Of a stretch of DNA of 64,000 bases, positions 14,301 to 28,296 are shown in pieces. The DNA is from Yuukianura sp. NJ FZ-2021. Taxonomy: Eukaryota. The DNA lies in assembly GCA_046563655.1 (NCBI GenBank), contig CM102285.1, positions 12,586,001 to 12,650,000 on the forward strand, read 5' to 3'. Within the stretch, counting starts at the first letter, position 1. Every line of letters begins with the position of its first letter. A program made the position numbers and the translations under genes. The notes under the pieces were generated by a model that was not told where the DNA came from, did no database searches, and worked only from the letters and a program-made list of their open reading frames with translations.

Positions 14301-17300
14301 AACTTGAAGTGAATATTAAAGTAGTTCCTGTAACTTCTGCCTCTTAGGCACAGGGAGTACTTTAAGGGCTCCTCTGCAGTTTTTAAAACAAGTTGAAACA
14401 TTTTGAAGGGACGCCTGATGCTTGCGTTGGTTCTGGGTAAGTGCCCCCCTCGAAGCCGTAACTCCAATCGCTTGTATCAGCTTCAGCTTTAAGTTGTGAA
14501 GTGGGTTTGCTGCTGCTCTTGTTTTGTTCTTCTTCAAGGTGGCAGTGGATTCATTCCGTAATAATTGTTTTATCCCATGTGAAAATTCACGGTAGTTTAA
14601 ATCCATTAAATCATCAAGCGTTTCAATTCAGTCCATTTTTTCATGTTTTCACATCCATAGCGTTCCGTCTTAAAGTTAAGGAGTCAAAACAAGGCAAGGA
14701 AGAATAAGATGATGATGGAATGATAGAAGTGAGGGCAGCCTCATTATTTACTCAATCTCTACTGTGATCTTGTTCTGATCTTCATCAGTTCAACTAATTA
14801 TTTCCTCCTTTTGCCTATTTATGTTCAAGACTATTAAGAGTTAAGAAACCTGTATTTCATTCAAAGACACACCGATGCTGTGTGCAAGGTGCAACTTTGG
14901 TGGCTGAAAGCAAAAGCTAGTAAAAGTGCAACTGCTTTCATCGCTTCACTGATCGCTTCACCCTTGGCGAACTCCAAAAAAAAATTCTGGAAGTAGTTGA
15001 TGATTTAATGGATTGGGGCTTGGGAGACAATGGTTCAACTTAATAAGAGGGCTACGGCGTGTCATCGATACGATCCAGACTCTCATGGTCCAAGCTAGTC
15101 ACTTTCAGTTTGAAATGAAATCCAATTCCCTATGTGACCAAAGTGTCAACTCTGTTTGAACATATTTCAAAAAGTCCTCACTCTGCACGATGTCACGATG
15201 AAACTAACCTAACCTTAGTATATGGGTGCGAGAGCCCTTAACAAAGCGAAGGTTTTTTCTAGCACTGTTCCGGAACCTGCCTAAAAAGTTTTTGTCACTC
15301 CCTGGGTCCCTTGAAAATTAAAGTCAGAAGCACAAGCGGAACTTTTTTGACGCTCCGGAGACTACGAACCGATTTCGGGGTTTTGGCTTTTCGAAAAAAA
15401 AACGCGTCTAAGTTGAAAATCGAGCTGAACTACCCTGAACGGGGTGCTTTTTTGAAATTTGATTCATTGTAACAATAATTAATAATGAATGAACAAACGA
15501 ATCGTTTCTGGCTTTATTTTTTAACACTTTTGGCTTTAGCCAAGTTCACACCCTCGGAGTAGTCGTACCTCCGGAGGGAACAACCAGAATTATTGTTCAG
15601 AATGTTTAAATGTTGGAAGCTTTTTTCAAAAAGTTCAAGCTTCGAAGACTTCAATTACTCCTTCCTCTCAACTGAATCACTTTCATCATCACTTCTTCCA
15701 AAAAATTCAAAAAGTGAAAAAATCTTTTAAAGATTCAAGTTTCAGCGTCCATCATCATCTCTCTTCCTCGGTTGGGTTAGGGCAAGTGTCGGCTTTATAC
15801 TTTTTAAAAGTAAAAGTTAGAATTACCTCCCAAGCCTTTTCTCACACTTCCCGTCACTTTTTCAACCCTCAAACATACAATTACAACTTAAGGATTTACT
15901 AATTACTGACTCCCTCGAATTTGAACTTTTTGAGCTTCCTACTATAGGGCTTTTTGGTCTCTTTTTTACTCAACCTATTGAGATTGCGTGTCCGCACGCC
16001 ACAAGGTTTCAGATTCCAATCAACTTGAAATGTTGCTGCGTAAAAGGAAAAGTTTTCTTACACTTAAGAAATGTAATACTTCAACAGTTACAACCTACAA
16101 GCAAAAAAAAGAGAGAAAAAAGTAAGAAACTCTTAAAAAACGGCACGGTAGAAATATCTAATTTTTTGTTTCTGATGAAAAGCAACATTTGCACAGCCTG
16201 AATTTTTACGCAGACCTGTTTTTGGTTCTTTTTTGTTCACTTTGGGCTAAAAGTCTGCGAATTTTGATGTTTTACATACAAATGTAGTAAATTTTGAGTA
16301 AAAAGAAGTTCTCAGGAGGAGCGGTGATGTGGTGAGTGTAAAAGCAAATTAGAGTGCCCTTGGGTTGTCAAACTAATTCTCACATTATTAATATTTAAGC
16401 AAACCTGGCAATTACCTGCTTTTTCGCGCACTTGAAGTTTGCGAAGCGTATAGTTTCTTAAAAGTTAAGGTTAATTTAGTATAGTAAGACTAAAATGTAG
16501 AGAGAATTGGAATTAGTATGCATCAGGGCAGAGAGCAGTGAGTGATGGGCCCCAAAGTCGTTGATGGATGTGAATTCAAGGTAGTAGCTTTTGACGAGAG
16601 CTGAATTCCTAATCCATGTACAATTCATGTAGATTTAATTAATTGCAAAAGTGAATTGAAAAAAAAGTAACTTAACATTGTACCAACATAAGTTGAACTG
16701 AAAGGGTAAAGAAGTTCTTAAGTAGTTGCAAACGCGTGAAGATTCATGTTTTGCTTGACATCAAGTCGGGAGAGAGAGCAAGATTACGTTGAAGTTGAAA
16801 AATGAACATGATTTTATCGAAAACAAAAAAGTTGATGTTTAAAATTCAAATGTTAAACAATTTTCAGAACACAACGATGTTAAAAAATACAAATTCGCCC
16901 TTCGGTTGTTCTACTCTAAAGAGATGGAACGTGAACTAGATTTTATCCCCAAATCATATCCGGTCCAAATCCATTGTTTTTGTACACTTTTGGATTAGGT
17001 TAGGCTTACTTTAGGTTGAGCTTAGCCTAACCAATTTATGAAGTGCATCAGTTGAGGTCGAATGACCAAAATTGACCTAACACCTCATCAACCTTCATAA
17101 GTTAACGATTTGAGAAACTCCTAAAACCTATACTTAACTTTTATTAGAAATCTCATGAACGCATCCTTAGCACCATCATTCCACTAACTACCAAAAACGT
17201 AAGGTAGTTTTATTAGTTAGAGTAGAATAGCATCAATTACAACACCTCAAAGCATCACTTTTTTTTTAAAAAGGATGTGTTGAAATTTCCTAAAAAGATT

Positions 17301-20300
17301 TGAAAGTGCGATTAGAGTGCTTAAGTGCTTTGAGATTTTGAAACAAAAGTGGAATACACCGTAAGATTTCTAGCTAAAACTTGGAATCTTGGAGAGTTGT
17401 TAAGTAAGCTTAAGAATTCTTTGTAACTTCCGGTGTGAGACTTGTTTTAAAAAATGGGCAAGAAATTGAAAAAAGAAAGTTTTCCGGTTGAACATGTTCT
17501 AAAACAAAGTTAAAACGTTGTAAGTTCATGTTGGCTTTGTGAACATTTGACATTTTGCTGGACCAATTCCCCGGGAGGGTGGTGTTGATGATATGTTTGC
17601 GTGACAACATACCTCGCCTCACCTGTCCTCTCGTCAACGCCTTGCCCATTTCTTTCCTACTTGTTTCTGTGTTTCTAAGATTTCATGTTCTACAGAATTG
17701 CTTATTAACTTTTTTCTAAACAAAACAACTTGTGTTTCAACAAAAGTTGTGAATTTATGTACTGAATCAGGCATGTAACCTAACGTAGGCTTTGGTTCCG
17801 ACTTTTCGCTGTTGGAACAAAAAACTAAAAAAGGAAAGACAAAATTTTGATTTCGAAATTTCAGACTCAGGTCAAGAGGTTCACATTTTCGTGATCCTCT
17901 TGACCTGCATCTGACATTATAAGCAACCCGTTTCTGCAGAATTATTGCTTCTAATTGCGATGTCGCTTAAACTTTAGGCTCCGCCCATTTTTGACTTTTT
18001 AGCGCACTATGTTGTAAAAGTGATTGTTGTGCATAATATCATGTAAAGTTAATGTAATTTCATCTACTGAAATAAAAAGGAAGTTGATCTGGCACAGAGA
18101 TCTGAACTTTTCATCTTTTGTTGTAACCAGGAAAATTTTTATGTCCATTTCCTGTGTCAATCTCCTACTTAACTCTATAGATTTATGATGGAAATCCTGA
18201 CATTTAGGAGTTAGTCATTATGCTTATAACGTTTATTTCATCCGGTTTTCAAAAAAAAGTTCCAGGAAGGTTGTGCTAAGCACTGCTAACATAATACATT
18301 CAAACTACTTTACACATGTTTTTCAAAAGTTACAAAAACATGTTTGATGCTCGTTGATCGTAACTCATTTCCTACGAGCGTCATTTGTTCCACACTGCAA
18401 ATGTGCCAATTTCAAAAAATTTCAAGGCTCCCTCTTGTCATAATCATTGCTCAACTGTAGTCATGGGCTGTAGGGTACAGACGGAACATTGTAAAAGGAA
18501 AAGGCGAGGCCCTTGAAGTTTCGGGTGACCTCAGAGGTCACAAGAATGTTTTCCATTTTAATTTTGACAGGCTGACGGGTATGCTGAAATCAAATGTTCA
18601 CGAAACTGACTGGAACATTTTGAATTTCTTGTTAGATTTTAGATTTGTTATGAAATGGACTTGTGTTGAGGATTTCATAGAAATCGTCAAGGATTTTAGA
18701 CTTTGAAGTTAGTTGTCAAAAGTTCAGAGGCTGCAACGGTTGGCTTAATTAAAACTGGGAGAAGTTAGGTTATTTTTTTTAAAGTTAGGTTTGTTCTGTA
18801 TAACGTTAGGTTTTGGATGTGATTACAGTTGAAGCAGAGACATTTACTTGGCTACTTTTTCCTTCTTCTGAACTTTTCAGACGATTCAGTTGAAAGGTCT
18901 ATGATAAAAAACTTGTTCTCAAGTTCTCATAGAAGTTCTCAGCTTATTCAACTTTATACTACGCTTTTTCTAATTATATAATTCAGTAAAAGAGTCGAAT
19001 ATCACTTTTAATATCTACATCAAGATACATTCTTCTGACGCTGGGCAGGAAGACAGCTTCAACTGCAGCAGCAGCGGCATAATTACTTGTACTTTCCAAC
19101 ATTTTTTGCTCTCAGACTGGTATAGTCATGGGTACTTGGCTAAAGTTGGAAATTTTAAGGGCTCCTTGACCCTTACGCTTGGCGTTGGAGAAAAAATACC
19201 CGGGAATCCTAATGCCCTAACTTATTCTGGGTTCACCCTAAGGAGGGCTGGTCATAATTAGCTCCCGAGAAGCGGTGGAATTCATGCGTCATTTTTTAGC
19301 GTCAAGTTACTTTGCCACCAACTGAGACCCACCACCAAGCTTTTCAAGCCATTTTGGAACTGATGACGGAGAACAAGGAAGAAAAGAGTCATTTGAACAC
19401 AGTGACCTCGGAAGAAGCTAACGAGCTCCTTCTCAAGAAAGAATTTTTTGGAACAATTTTTTGCAAACTGAGCCAGTTTTTGCAAAGCAAGTGCCGGCAC
19501 GGTTTTGCAAGAAAACATGAAACATGACACTTTGCAAACTTTTTGGCAAAAACTAGTCTAGGTAGTACTGCACAACTGCAACACAAATTACAAAGGTCAT
19601 CGTCATCAACATAACCTTTCACAGCTTTTCACCAAATTTTTTGCGACATAACAAATTTTTTGGCGACATTCTCTGTCAATTTTTTTGGGACAAGATTTCC
19701 ACTTCCAACAAACTTTTTGGGGACATGATTCTCATTTCAACGATAATTTTTCGTGGTGACACGATTAGTTTTGGAAACTGTGATGATGGTGGTGTAGGAC
19801 AAAATGAATAAAGGTGACACTGTAATTTATTTGGTGGGACAATTTAACAATTTAGGTTCACAGAGTGAAGCTGTGTGATGGTAATTGAATTTTAGTTGTT
19901 GGGGAGGCTGGATAGGGCAGAAGATGAAGTCTGACTACAACAATGGGCACATTGTCCATCTGCTGCCTCAACTTCAACCAGAAAAGTCACAAATCACATC
20001 CACCCATCGTCACAAACAATAGGCACTTCATTCATCTCTTAAAAGCAGATGAAGCTTGTAGAAGCTCGTAACCTGCCTAGGGGTCACGCAGGCAGTTGAC
20101 ACAGTAGTGGCCATGACAGGCAGACAGACGACACTACAACTAACTGCCAAACCCACATTTAAGGCAATGACAACAGTCCTCACTCTCTTGAATTGTCATT
20201 AATTTCAAAATTATGACAACCTAAAGTTACTAAGCAAGTTTCCAATTTGTAGCACAGTAGCTTACGAGTTGTAGCGGTTGGCTTGTTATGTTAAGCTTAA

Positions 20301-23300
20301 AAGAAAATGCAGCGTCACTGAAAACTAAGCTTGTCAAATTAGTTCAAGCTCACTTCTAACTGCGAGTGTGTCCATTTCACAATAAAAAAGTTTAGACAGG
20401 ATCATTTGTTGAAAAGACTAATTTTGTAATTGAAATTTTATGAACAGAGGTGGGTCTACAAGATGAATGGGCCCTTAATGAACTAACTATGGAAAAGCTC
20501 AAGCACAATTGAACACTTTAAAAAGAACGCGCTTCTGCGCGTAATCCTTTTCAATCGTTTTGAATTCAGTTCCATTTTTTGTTTTTCAGGCGCATGTTTC
20601 CTACAGTTCGGATTTCCTTCTCGGGGTTACAATTGGACCAAAGGTATGCTGTACTGCTTGACATTGTTCCTGTGGATACGAAACGATATCGCTATGCTTA
20701 TCATCGGTCATCATGGCTCGTGGCGGGGAAAGCAGATCCACCAGCCCCGTCAAGACTTTATGTCCACCCAGACTCACCTTTCACCGGTGACCAACTCCGC
20801 AAACAAGTCGTTTCCTTTGAAAAAGTCAAATTGACCAACAATGAAATGGACAAACACGGCCAGGTCAGTTGAAAACTTTAAAATTTTCAGTCAATCTTAA
20901 CTTAAATTTAGTTAAGTTATGTTAAGATTTGCTTATCTGAATCAGTGTTGGTGGATGGATATATCCAATTTAATTGGATATATCCAATTTATCCAGCCGT
21001 TTCATCCGGATAAAACTGAACAAAACCTTATATCCAGTAGACATCCAGATCCAATGCATGAAATATCGAAAAAGTGGATATCCACTAGATGAAATATCGA
21101 AAAGGTGGATATTCACTGGATGAAATATCGAAAAAGTGGATATCCACCAACACTGGATCTGATTCAACTGCGTTAGGTTAGGGTGAAAGTACGGAGAATG
21201 TTGGAATGAATGAAGCGTCGTTTGGAATGAGGGTGTGAGAATGCGACTTAACGTGTGTTCAGACCGTTATCGGAGACATTTCGGTATCTTTCGGAAGATC
21301 TTGTTTCGGACTTATAATTTAGTGGCATGTCATCCTTGAAATATTTGTTCAGAAGGTGACCAAAGAGACGAGGTCAGGAGGGGGTCTTCTAGGCTTAAGA
21401 AAAAAGAGAGACATTTTTCAAGGTAGCCTGGATCTTTCATCATCCTGTCCAGACTACAGAAGCTTTAGCCTCATGTCCACTTTAGTTTCTAACTTGTAAA
21501 AGAAGACGCATCTTCAGAAAACTAGCAAAGTGACATGGAACAATTAGCAATTGAATTGTTAACGTGTAATTGAACCTCTCAAAGAACCTAAATGCTCAAA
21601 AACTGGCTTTGACAAAAATCTTAATACAATGCTTGAGACTTTGAAGAAAAAAAGTTGAAGAAAAACTAATTTAACCAGTTTTCAGTTTGTTCCCTTAATA
21701 AAAGTTGTGGACAGGTTAGGTTAGGTGATCGTCTGAAAACCATCCTTGGCCATACCATAGTCATTGTCTCCTGCGTCTTTCTTGCTGATGCTGCCAACAT
21801 CTCCTTGTGTTTTTTAATTGATGAGGAGTAATAATTTCTGATTCCTTGTCATCATAAAGTCACAGAGAACCCAAGTCCTGCTTCTAATAAGCAATCAACT
21901 TTCCTGAATATTTTACTACCCCTGGTCTGCTTCAAACTTCAAAGATGATGGACAGACACCAGTCGTAAAGATGAGGTGAAGAAGGCTCATCTTCCCATGC
22001 GAACGAAAACAGGAAAAGATGAAGATGAGAATATGTTGGACTAAAGAATTGACTTTATGTTAGGTTCGTAGGTTGTCCGAATCTGTTCAAATATTGTGGT
22101 TGTACCTATGTTTTTGTGGTTAGGTTTACAACAAGATCGCGTGCGTGCTTTGATCAACAAAATATTGATGTCAACTTGGCTTGACGGACGCGCTGGACGC
22201 TTGAGTTGTTTACAAGTTACCGTAAAATTTCAATTTTTGGAGTTTTCGTTGGCTTGTTTCAAAACTAAGGTTGGATTTACATTTTACTCAGGTTAGATGT
22301 GTTAAAAGTTGGGCAGTTTGAATATACTTGAAGCTTTTTGTTGGAGTTTTACGGTATTTTGAAAATGGGCATTCCAAACACCTCTATAACTGTCTCCCTT
22401 GCTGAAGTTAGAAAGTGAAGTGAAGTGGAGATTTGTAGAGGCATAAATTAGGGATGTGATCCTGATGGCAACTGAAAGTGAATCTGTAAGAAATAAAGAA
22501 TTTAGACAATTTCTTTAGGAAGAAGAGATTCACAGCGGGAAGTTGATCTGATCTTGGATAAAAGTCTCCTAAACTTTAGGCTTTAGACAACATAAGGACT
22601 CTTCTGGTACATTGGTTCAGGTTTAGGACAAAAAATGCTCATAATTTTAAGTTCCTTGGACACTTTCAATTTTTGAAATCCACTGGAATTGTCTCTTTTT
22701 GTTTAGAAGAATAATTTCCAAAATTCCGTTCTTCTACGGCGTGAATTTCTGAAGATCCATTTCTCATTTTGGTTGATCTGGGTGGTCGCGACCACTTAAA
22801 AACTTAGGACTACTTGCAACATGTGTAAATTATTTCAAGTCCCGCTTCAATGAAGACCAGATACATTAAAAAGATTGGAGTCTCTCACTTCCCTAACCTA
22901 ACCTAATGTTAAACGTAGACCAAACATGACTCTTAACCGGAAAAGTTCAAAGGGAGCCTTCAAGGGCTCACCCAGTTCTGTCAAACGTTTCCGCCTGCTT
23001 AACTCCGAAATTCAGTGAAGGACCGGGCATTAGGCTTGGTTTTTTCTAAGCGATCCACCCACACTTTCGACTTAATAAGCTTAGAAATGTACATTTCAAA
23101 TTGATCTTAAGTTAAGGGGCCCCCTTCAATTCCATTTTCTGACTAAAATTTTCAAAAGAAGCAGAAAGTTTACAGGGGGCCCTTAAAATTTGTTTGTATT
23201 TTAGGCTTAAATAGCGTGGGTCATAAATCAAGGAAGGTCTCAAATTGTTTTGAAAGTTTCAAACAATTAAACTCAACTCACGACTTCTCTCCTTTTAAGA

Positions 23301-26300
23301 TGTTCGAGAAATTAAAAAGTTAGAAATTAGTCAAAATTTTAGCTTCAAGGGCCCTCCTAAGGCCGCTGTTTTGGTAATTCACACCTTCAAATCTTGTGGT
23401 GGTGGTGACTGACGCCTTTTTGGTGAGATAGTTCACACTTTGACTTAGAAAAGTGTAGTACTTCCATCACAGTAGTGCCCTGTTATATCACACTTTCTCA
23501 TTCCCACTAATTATAAGAGAGATGTTAATCTCTGCCTGGCGACTCAGATCACAACGTAAGATTTCAAATTCAAACGTAAATCATCACCCACGAACTTCTA
23601 CTTATACCGCTAAAAGTCCATTGTTTTGCCAAAGGACTTTGGATTTAATTAAAATCTAAAGTAGCCACACACGGGCTCTTCCCACGGAGGGCTCAAGAAC
23701 AAGAAAAACTTGTCCAAAAAAGTTACAACTTCAACACTTCAAATTTTCGTTTCGTCAAAAGGAAGATTTTTTAATGAATTTTTTACACATGTGAAAATAT
23801 GTCTGGAACAATTTACATGGAAAAACACTTGGGAAAAGAAGACGAAAAACTTCAAAAAATGAAAGAAAACGAAATATTTCTCAACAGAGATTGAAATATT
23901 TGCAATAGAAATCAAAGTTTTTGTTGTTTTTGAGATAATTTATTATTAGAAGTGTCAAATAAATCAAGAATTTTTTCTTTTTATAAAAATTTAATTTGCA
24001 TTCTTCCAAAATCGCAGAATTTATGATTTGGGTGGACGTCTGGCTTAGAAAGTTTGAGTTTTTGACTGAAATATGATCTGGATTTGATTGTTAATTTGAA
24101 ATTTAAGAAGAGCGGTATATTAAGTTCAACTTTTTCAAAATTGTTTTGAAATTTTGATTTGAAATTTCAGATTGTTTTAAATTCGATGCACCGCTATCAA
24201 CCGAGAGTTCACCTTGTCAAATGGAGAGAAGGCATTGTTCCTGGGAATTCCAATATTGATCTGGAAGGAGAAAAATATCGGACGTACATCTTTCCCGAAA
24301 CGGTTTTTACTGCAGTCACAGCCTATCAAAATCAACTGGTAATTTGTCCAAACAATTTCAAATTTTACATTTTTTCAAAAAAGGAGCATTTTGAACCTAA
24401 CAATTTCAAAATGTTAGGAAGCATTGTTAGGTAGTTGTAAAATTCCTGGGCTAACAATGAGGAGGGATTGATGACAGGATAATGGTGAATTACAGTTTAA
24501 TTATCCCTGTAAACCTAAACATGATGGAAGTGACATTTAAACAATAATTGTAAAGCGTGACCTGATTCCGTGACCCGTTATTAACCTTTTTGCATTGAAA
24601 AGTGAAAATTAACGTAAACCTTCACAGTTAGGCTATAACAAAAGTTAGGTTTTGTGTTAGTTATTTTGTGTTTTAGAATGTCTTGACAGCTCAGTTCCTC
24701 TGGGCCACCCAAGGAGCCATTTGAAATGAAGGGGGAAGTGGGTTGTGCTAATTACTCGCTCTTAAGCTTCATCTTCTTTTTATCCTTTCACAGATCACCA
24801 AGCTAAAGATAGACAGCAACCCCTTTGCCAAAGGATTCAGAGACTCTTCACGCCTCACCGACTTTGACAGGTAGGTGACAGACAGAGTCAGTTTCTGACT
24901 TGTCTTAGCTTTAGTCTAGCTCCTAGCACCGCTAGCGCTTGCTAAGGTCACGCTTAGTCTCCTTATGCTTTGACATCTGCAACTCTCAGCATCTTTGGAA
25001 TAACGAAAAAGAAAATTGGAAAAGTTTGTTGAAAAAAGTTTTCTCAGACTTTGGGTTTTGTTTGATGTCACCGAATTCCTGTGATTTCATCTCTCCTTCA
25101 TCACAGTCATTGATCTCTAGGCATTTTGGTTTCGGAGATTCAGCGGTGCATTCAAAAGGAAACTGGAATGATAACTAGAAAACCCCTGCGATGAAATTTT
25201 TGTAATGTCTTTGGAAAAAAATGGCCTAGATTTGGCAAAAAGTTCAATTTGCTAAACAATTTAGCACATTTTTTGACTTCTTAATTAAAGGACATCCAAA
25301 ATTTTCATGCTTAGCACAATGTGTTTTGAGGAATTTTAATGCAAAAACTTGCAAAACTGAAATTCATTCTCAAATTGAAAAAGTCCAACTTTTTTCAAAA
25401 TTTTGCAAAGAAGCTCTTCAAACGACATCTAATACTCATACCTTATAGTTCGGAAGGAAGAATTTAGTGAATTCTTTTCACTGGAATTGCAGTGCTAAAT
25501 TTTTTGCACAAAAAGTTGCAAGGTTATCTTTTCACAATTTTTTTTGGAACGTAAGTGTCAATTGCCCACTTTTTTTGAAAATTTATGGTAAGAAATTAAC
25601 GATTTTTTGAAATCTTTGGGGGGTGTGGACAGGCACTTGTCCATAAGTTCATATTTTATATCCCTCGAGCAGTTAATTTTCTTCTCCAGTTTTAATAGAC
25701 ATTTAACCACTTTTCAAAAAAAAACGAAACACAAAAAATCCCTTTTTGGTTTTGTTATTGCAACTTTATGTTTCTGAAAATTAGTTTTTGGAAACTGTTT
25801 TATGTTAGTCAGCTATTACAAGGAAAACATTGTGTGAAATATCACAAACGTCTAATAAAAGCCTCTCCTACCTACACCTCTAAAAGTTTCAAATTTTATG
25901 TGCGAATGCGCAAAAACGCAAAATGTTTGTCCGCTTTTTACGATCTGTCGTAAACTTACGTGCCGTGCGGTGTGCCCCCTCCCACCCCATTTGCCACTGC
26001 TTACCTTAAATTTACTAAAAATCGTTAATTACAAAAGGTAAGTGTGAAAAAGCACTTAGAGGATAACGTTACTTTTGAACATACTTTGTTATTATGCGGC
26101 TGAACTCTTAAAATTTAGGCTACAAATTGTTGGGAATTGCGGAATGTCGGTACCTAATTTTTTTCTGCAAAGCGTCGACGTGTTATTACCCATTGTGTGC
26201 AGAAATCCATCAAAGAGACTTTCATTGCCGTGCGGAAATCTATTTGAAACAACTTCTTGAACATTTCAAAAAATGTTTCATGCTGAGGGATTTATGGCCC

Positions 26301-28296
26301 TTTGCATGTCAAATCCAACCAAAATATTTTCTCTCCCTTAAGGGTCTCAAATCCTACGCTAAAAATACTTTGCAAAGTTCCAAAAACCGAGGGGGCGTGG
26401 TCATTCCGGTGTCGTAAATGAAACAACTCCACTTTTTGAAAAATTTCAAAAAAGGGAACAATGATTTTTGAAAACGCCGTACAAAGTTTGTTCTAGCCAA
26501 CAAGAATGATTTTTTTTTGAAAGTATACAGGTCCACAAAAGTCGCAATTTAAATTTTCAAAAATATTTCAAGGTTTTTTAAAATCTGAAAACAGTTGTAA
26601 ATAGAACAAGAAAGGAGTTCTTCAACACTTTAGCTAGAAAAATATAACTAAAACTTAACCCATTATTATGTAAGTTTAGTTTTCTTAGTATGTATAACAT
26701 TTACAATCTTTTAGAAAAGCAATTTTTTTTTCAAATTTTCGAAACTTTTTATGAAACGGTGAGATGAAAGCGACTTGGTAGTTGGTTCTCAGATCTCTTT
26801 GTAGTGATCTTCCTGATTTACCGCAAACTAATAAATTACTAAAAGTGAAAAGCTCGTGATTCGTAAAGGCGTTGAACTCGCTACTCATCATTTTCAAAAC
26901 TAATTTAGCTCCACTACTCTACTACCTCCCAACAGCCTTTCAGATCCTATTGTTGTGATTACTGAAACTGTTCACAACAATGCTAGTACTGTTTTCATTG
27001 TTTAAAAAGTGTATAGCGGCTCAAGCCAAAGTGGGTGTGTCCTTATCCAACACCTTCAAAGTCCCCCTCAGCAGCACAACTCCCTTCGGTATTGTTTTAT
27101 TGCCAATACTTGGGGTCACGCCTCCTCTTATTGCCTCTTAACTCAATTAACTCTATATGGAATCATGATTTATTTCGGAAGGAACTTTGAGTGGGTCAAA
27201 AGGTCAAGATTCGGATCGAATTGAAACGATACAATAACCGACTCGAAACTTTCGATACGGCTTTTTAACAAAGGAAAAACTTGCAAAACCTATCCTGGGA
27301 GACTTAAATTTTTAAAAGTCCAAATTCATGTGAAGCGTTACTGAATTTTGGTTTCAAAAGTTTTCTAAACAACTTTTGAATGTTTTGTGTTCCCAGATCG
27401 AAACGAATCTTTTTGAAGCTTTGCTTTTAGGCTTTCCGCTTTGACTCAAAACTGACTAGGGTGTGTGTTATTGTTAACAAGGTTTGACTAAGGGATTGGA
27501 ACGAATTTAGACCAAAGTGGTAAACCGCTAAGCCCGTTCCGGAGAGGGGGAATGACAAAACTGATCCGACCGCTTAAAACCGAACGCTTCCGACATCTCC
27601 CCTATCCTAACTTTTATTAATTTCGTTTTTTTTGTCATGCGTAGAGATCCGATCGAGGCTATGCTTCCTCTGGAACATCATTTCCTTCGAGCCGCTTCCG
27701 GAACACAGCTCCGCCTCTTCCCCGAATTCTCGGACATGGACAACAATAATTTCATGAACTCCATTGAAAAGGCTCGGATGCTTCATCAGCAGTGGCTAAT
27801 GCGTGGCGGTGGAGGGCCACCACCAGGATTCCAACCTGACAGTGGCGGACCCCGCCCGCCCCCACCAGCCCCACCGTCGATCCACCAGTTCCTGGCGGCA
27901 GCTTCAGCATCAGGAATGCCACAACTGCCGCAACTCTATACGTTACACCCGAATAACCGTGGAAACGGATCCCCTCTGCCCATTCCACCTCAACTGTGGT
28001 CCCAGTGGTCAGCTCTTAGTCAACTTCCGCCTGGTCTTCTCGGTCAATCCCAACAACTTCAACAACAAATTGCTCAACAGATGCAACAACATCAACAGCA
28101 ACAGCTTCAACAACAACAAATCAACAATGGACAACAACCTAACGGTCAAAGGTCAATGCGCTACAGTCCCTACCCACCCCCACCACCTTCGATTCCTCCA
28201 GGCACGAAGTCTTCTTCCAGCTCTCCGACTGCTAGAGCAATGACTCCGAGTACTCCCGAGTCACTTCTTAACGGAAACAACCGATCGTCTTCCTAG
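11123..28296 (+). CDS. H15/mid (Tbx20): T-box transcription factor, Tbx20 subfamily (H15/midline-like), paralog A; 6 coding exons, ~634 aa
   Basis: Exons 11123-11303, 11616-12168, 20590-20863, 24171-24338, 24794-24870, 27645-28296. All introns are GT-AG, phases are 1,2,0,0,2, and the total of 1905 nt is in frame. T-box reads [23 protein letters not shown]...[17 protein letters not shown]...[29 protein letters not shown], diagnostic of Tbx20. eh1 motif FSIAAIM in exon 1. Cannot tell whether it is H15 or mid. Confidence 0.95.
11616..12168 (+). CDS. H15/mid (Tbx20): Tbx20 paralog A coding exon 2 (acidic/Ser-rich region and start of T-box)
   Basis: Acceptor TTGCAG|AT; ends [35 protein letters not shown](R); donor AG|GTGAGT. 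Confidence 0.92.
20590..20863 (+). CDS. H15/mid (Tbx20): Tbx20 paralog A coding exon 3 (T-box)
   Basis: TTTTTCAG|G CGC ATG TTT; RMFPTVRISFSG...[12 protein letters not shown]; donor CAG|GTCAGT; 274 nt, same length as paralog B exon 3. Confidence 0.96.
20943..21155. mobile_element. hAT-like MITE (213 bp) in intron 3 of paralog A
   Basis: Perfect 14-bp TIRs CAGTGTTGGTGGAT / ATCCACCAACACTG. Internal TGGATATCCA motifs and a 31-bp unit x3 (~21058-21148). Flanks TATCTGAAT / GATCTGATT resemble a decayed 8-9 bp TSD. Confidence 0.8.
24171..24338 (+). CDS. H15/mid (Tbx20): Tbx20 paralog A coding exon 4 (T-box)
   Basis: [25 protein letters not shown]...[16 protein letters not shown]; donor CTG|GTAATT. 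Confidence 0.96.
24794..24870 (+). CDS. H15/mid (Tbx20): Tbx20 paralog A coding exon 5 (end of T-box; absent from ORF track)
   Basis: [36 protein letters not shown](R); donor AG|GTAGGT; 77 nt. Confidence 0.96.
27645..28296 (+). CDS. H15/mid (Tbx20): Tbx20 paralog A terminal coding exon (Pro/Gln-rich C-terminus)
   Basis: Polypyrimidine tract + GTAG|A; phase 2 matches exon 5; contains QLWSQW and RYSPY motifs shared with paralog B; TAG stop at 28294-28296. Confidence 0.9.

Noticed and set aside
19630..19765. Loose repeats of TTTTT(G)GSGACA
   Set aside because: Highly decayed minisatellite-like sequence with no definable unit or function.
21058..21148. 31-bp unit repeated three times, superficially CRISPR-like
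   Set aside because: Units are directly adjacent without unique spacers, lie inside a MITE, and the DNA is eukaryotic with no cas genes.
27752..28243. Alternative-frame and antisense ORFs overlapping Tbx20 exons (also 11610-12047, 45352-45642, 57300-57668)
   Set aside because: Shadow ORFs of GC-richer real coding exons.
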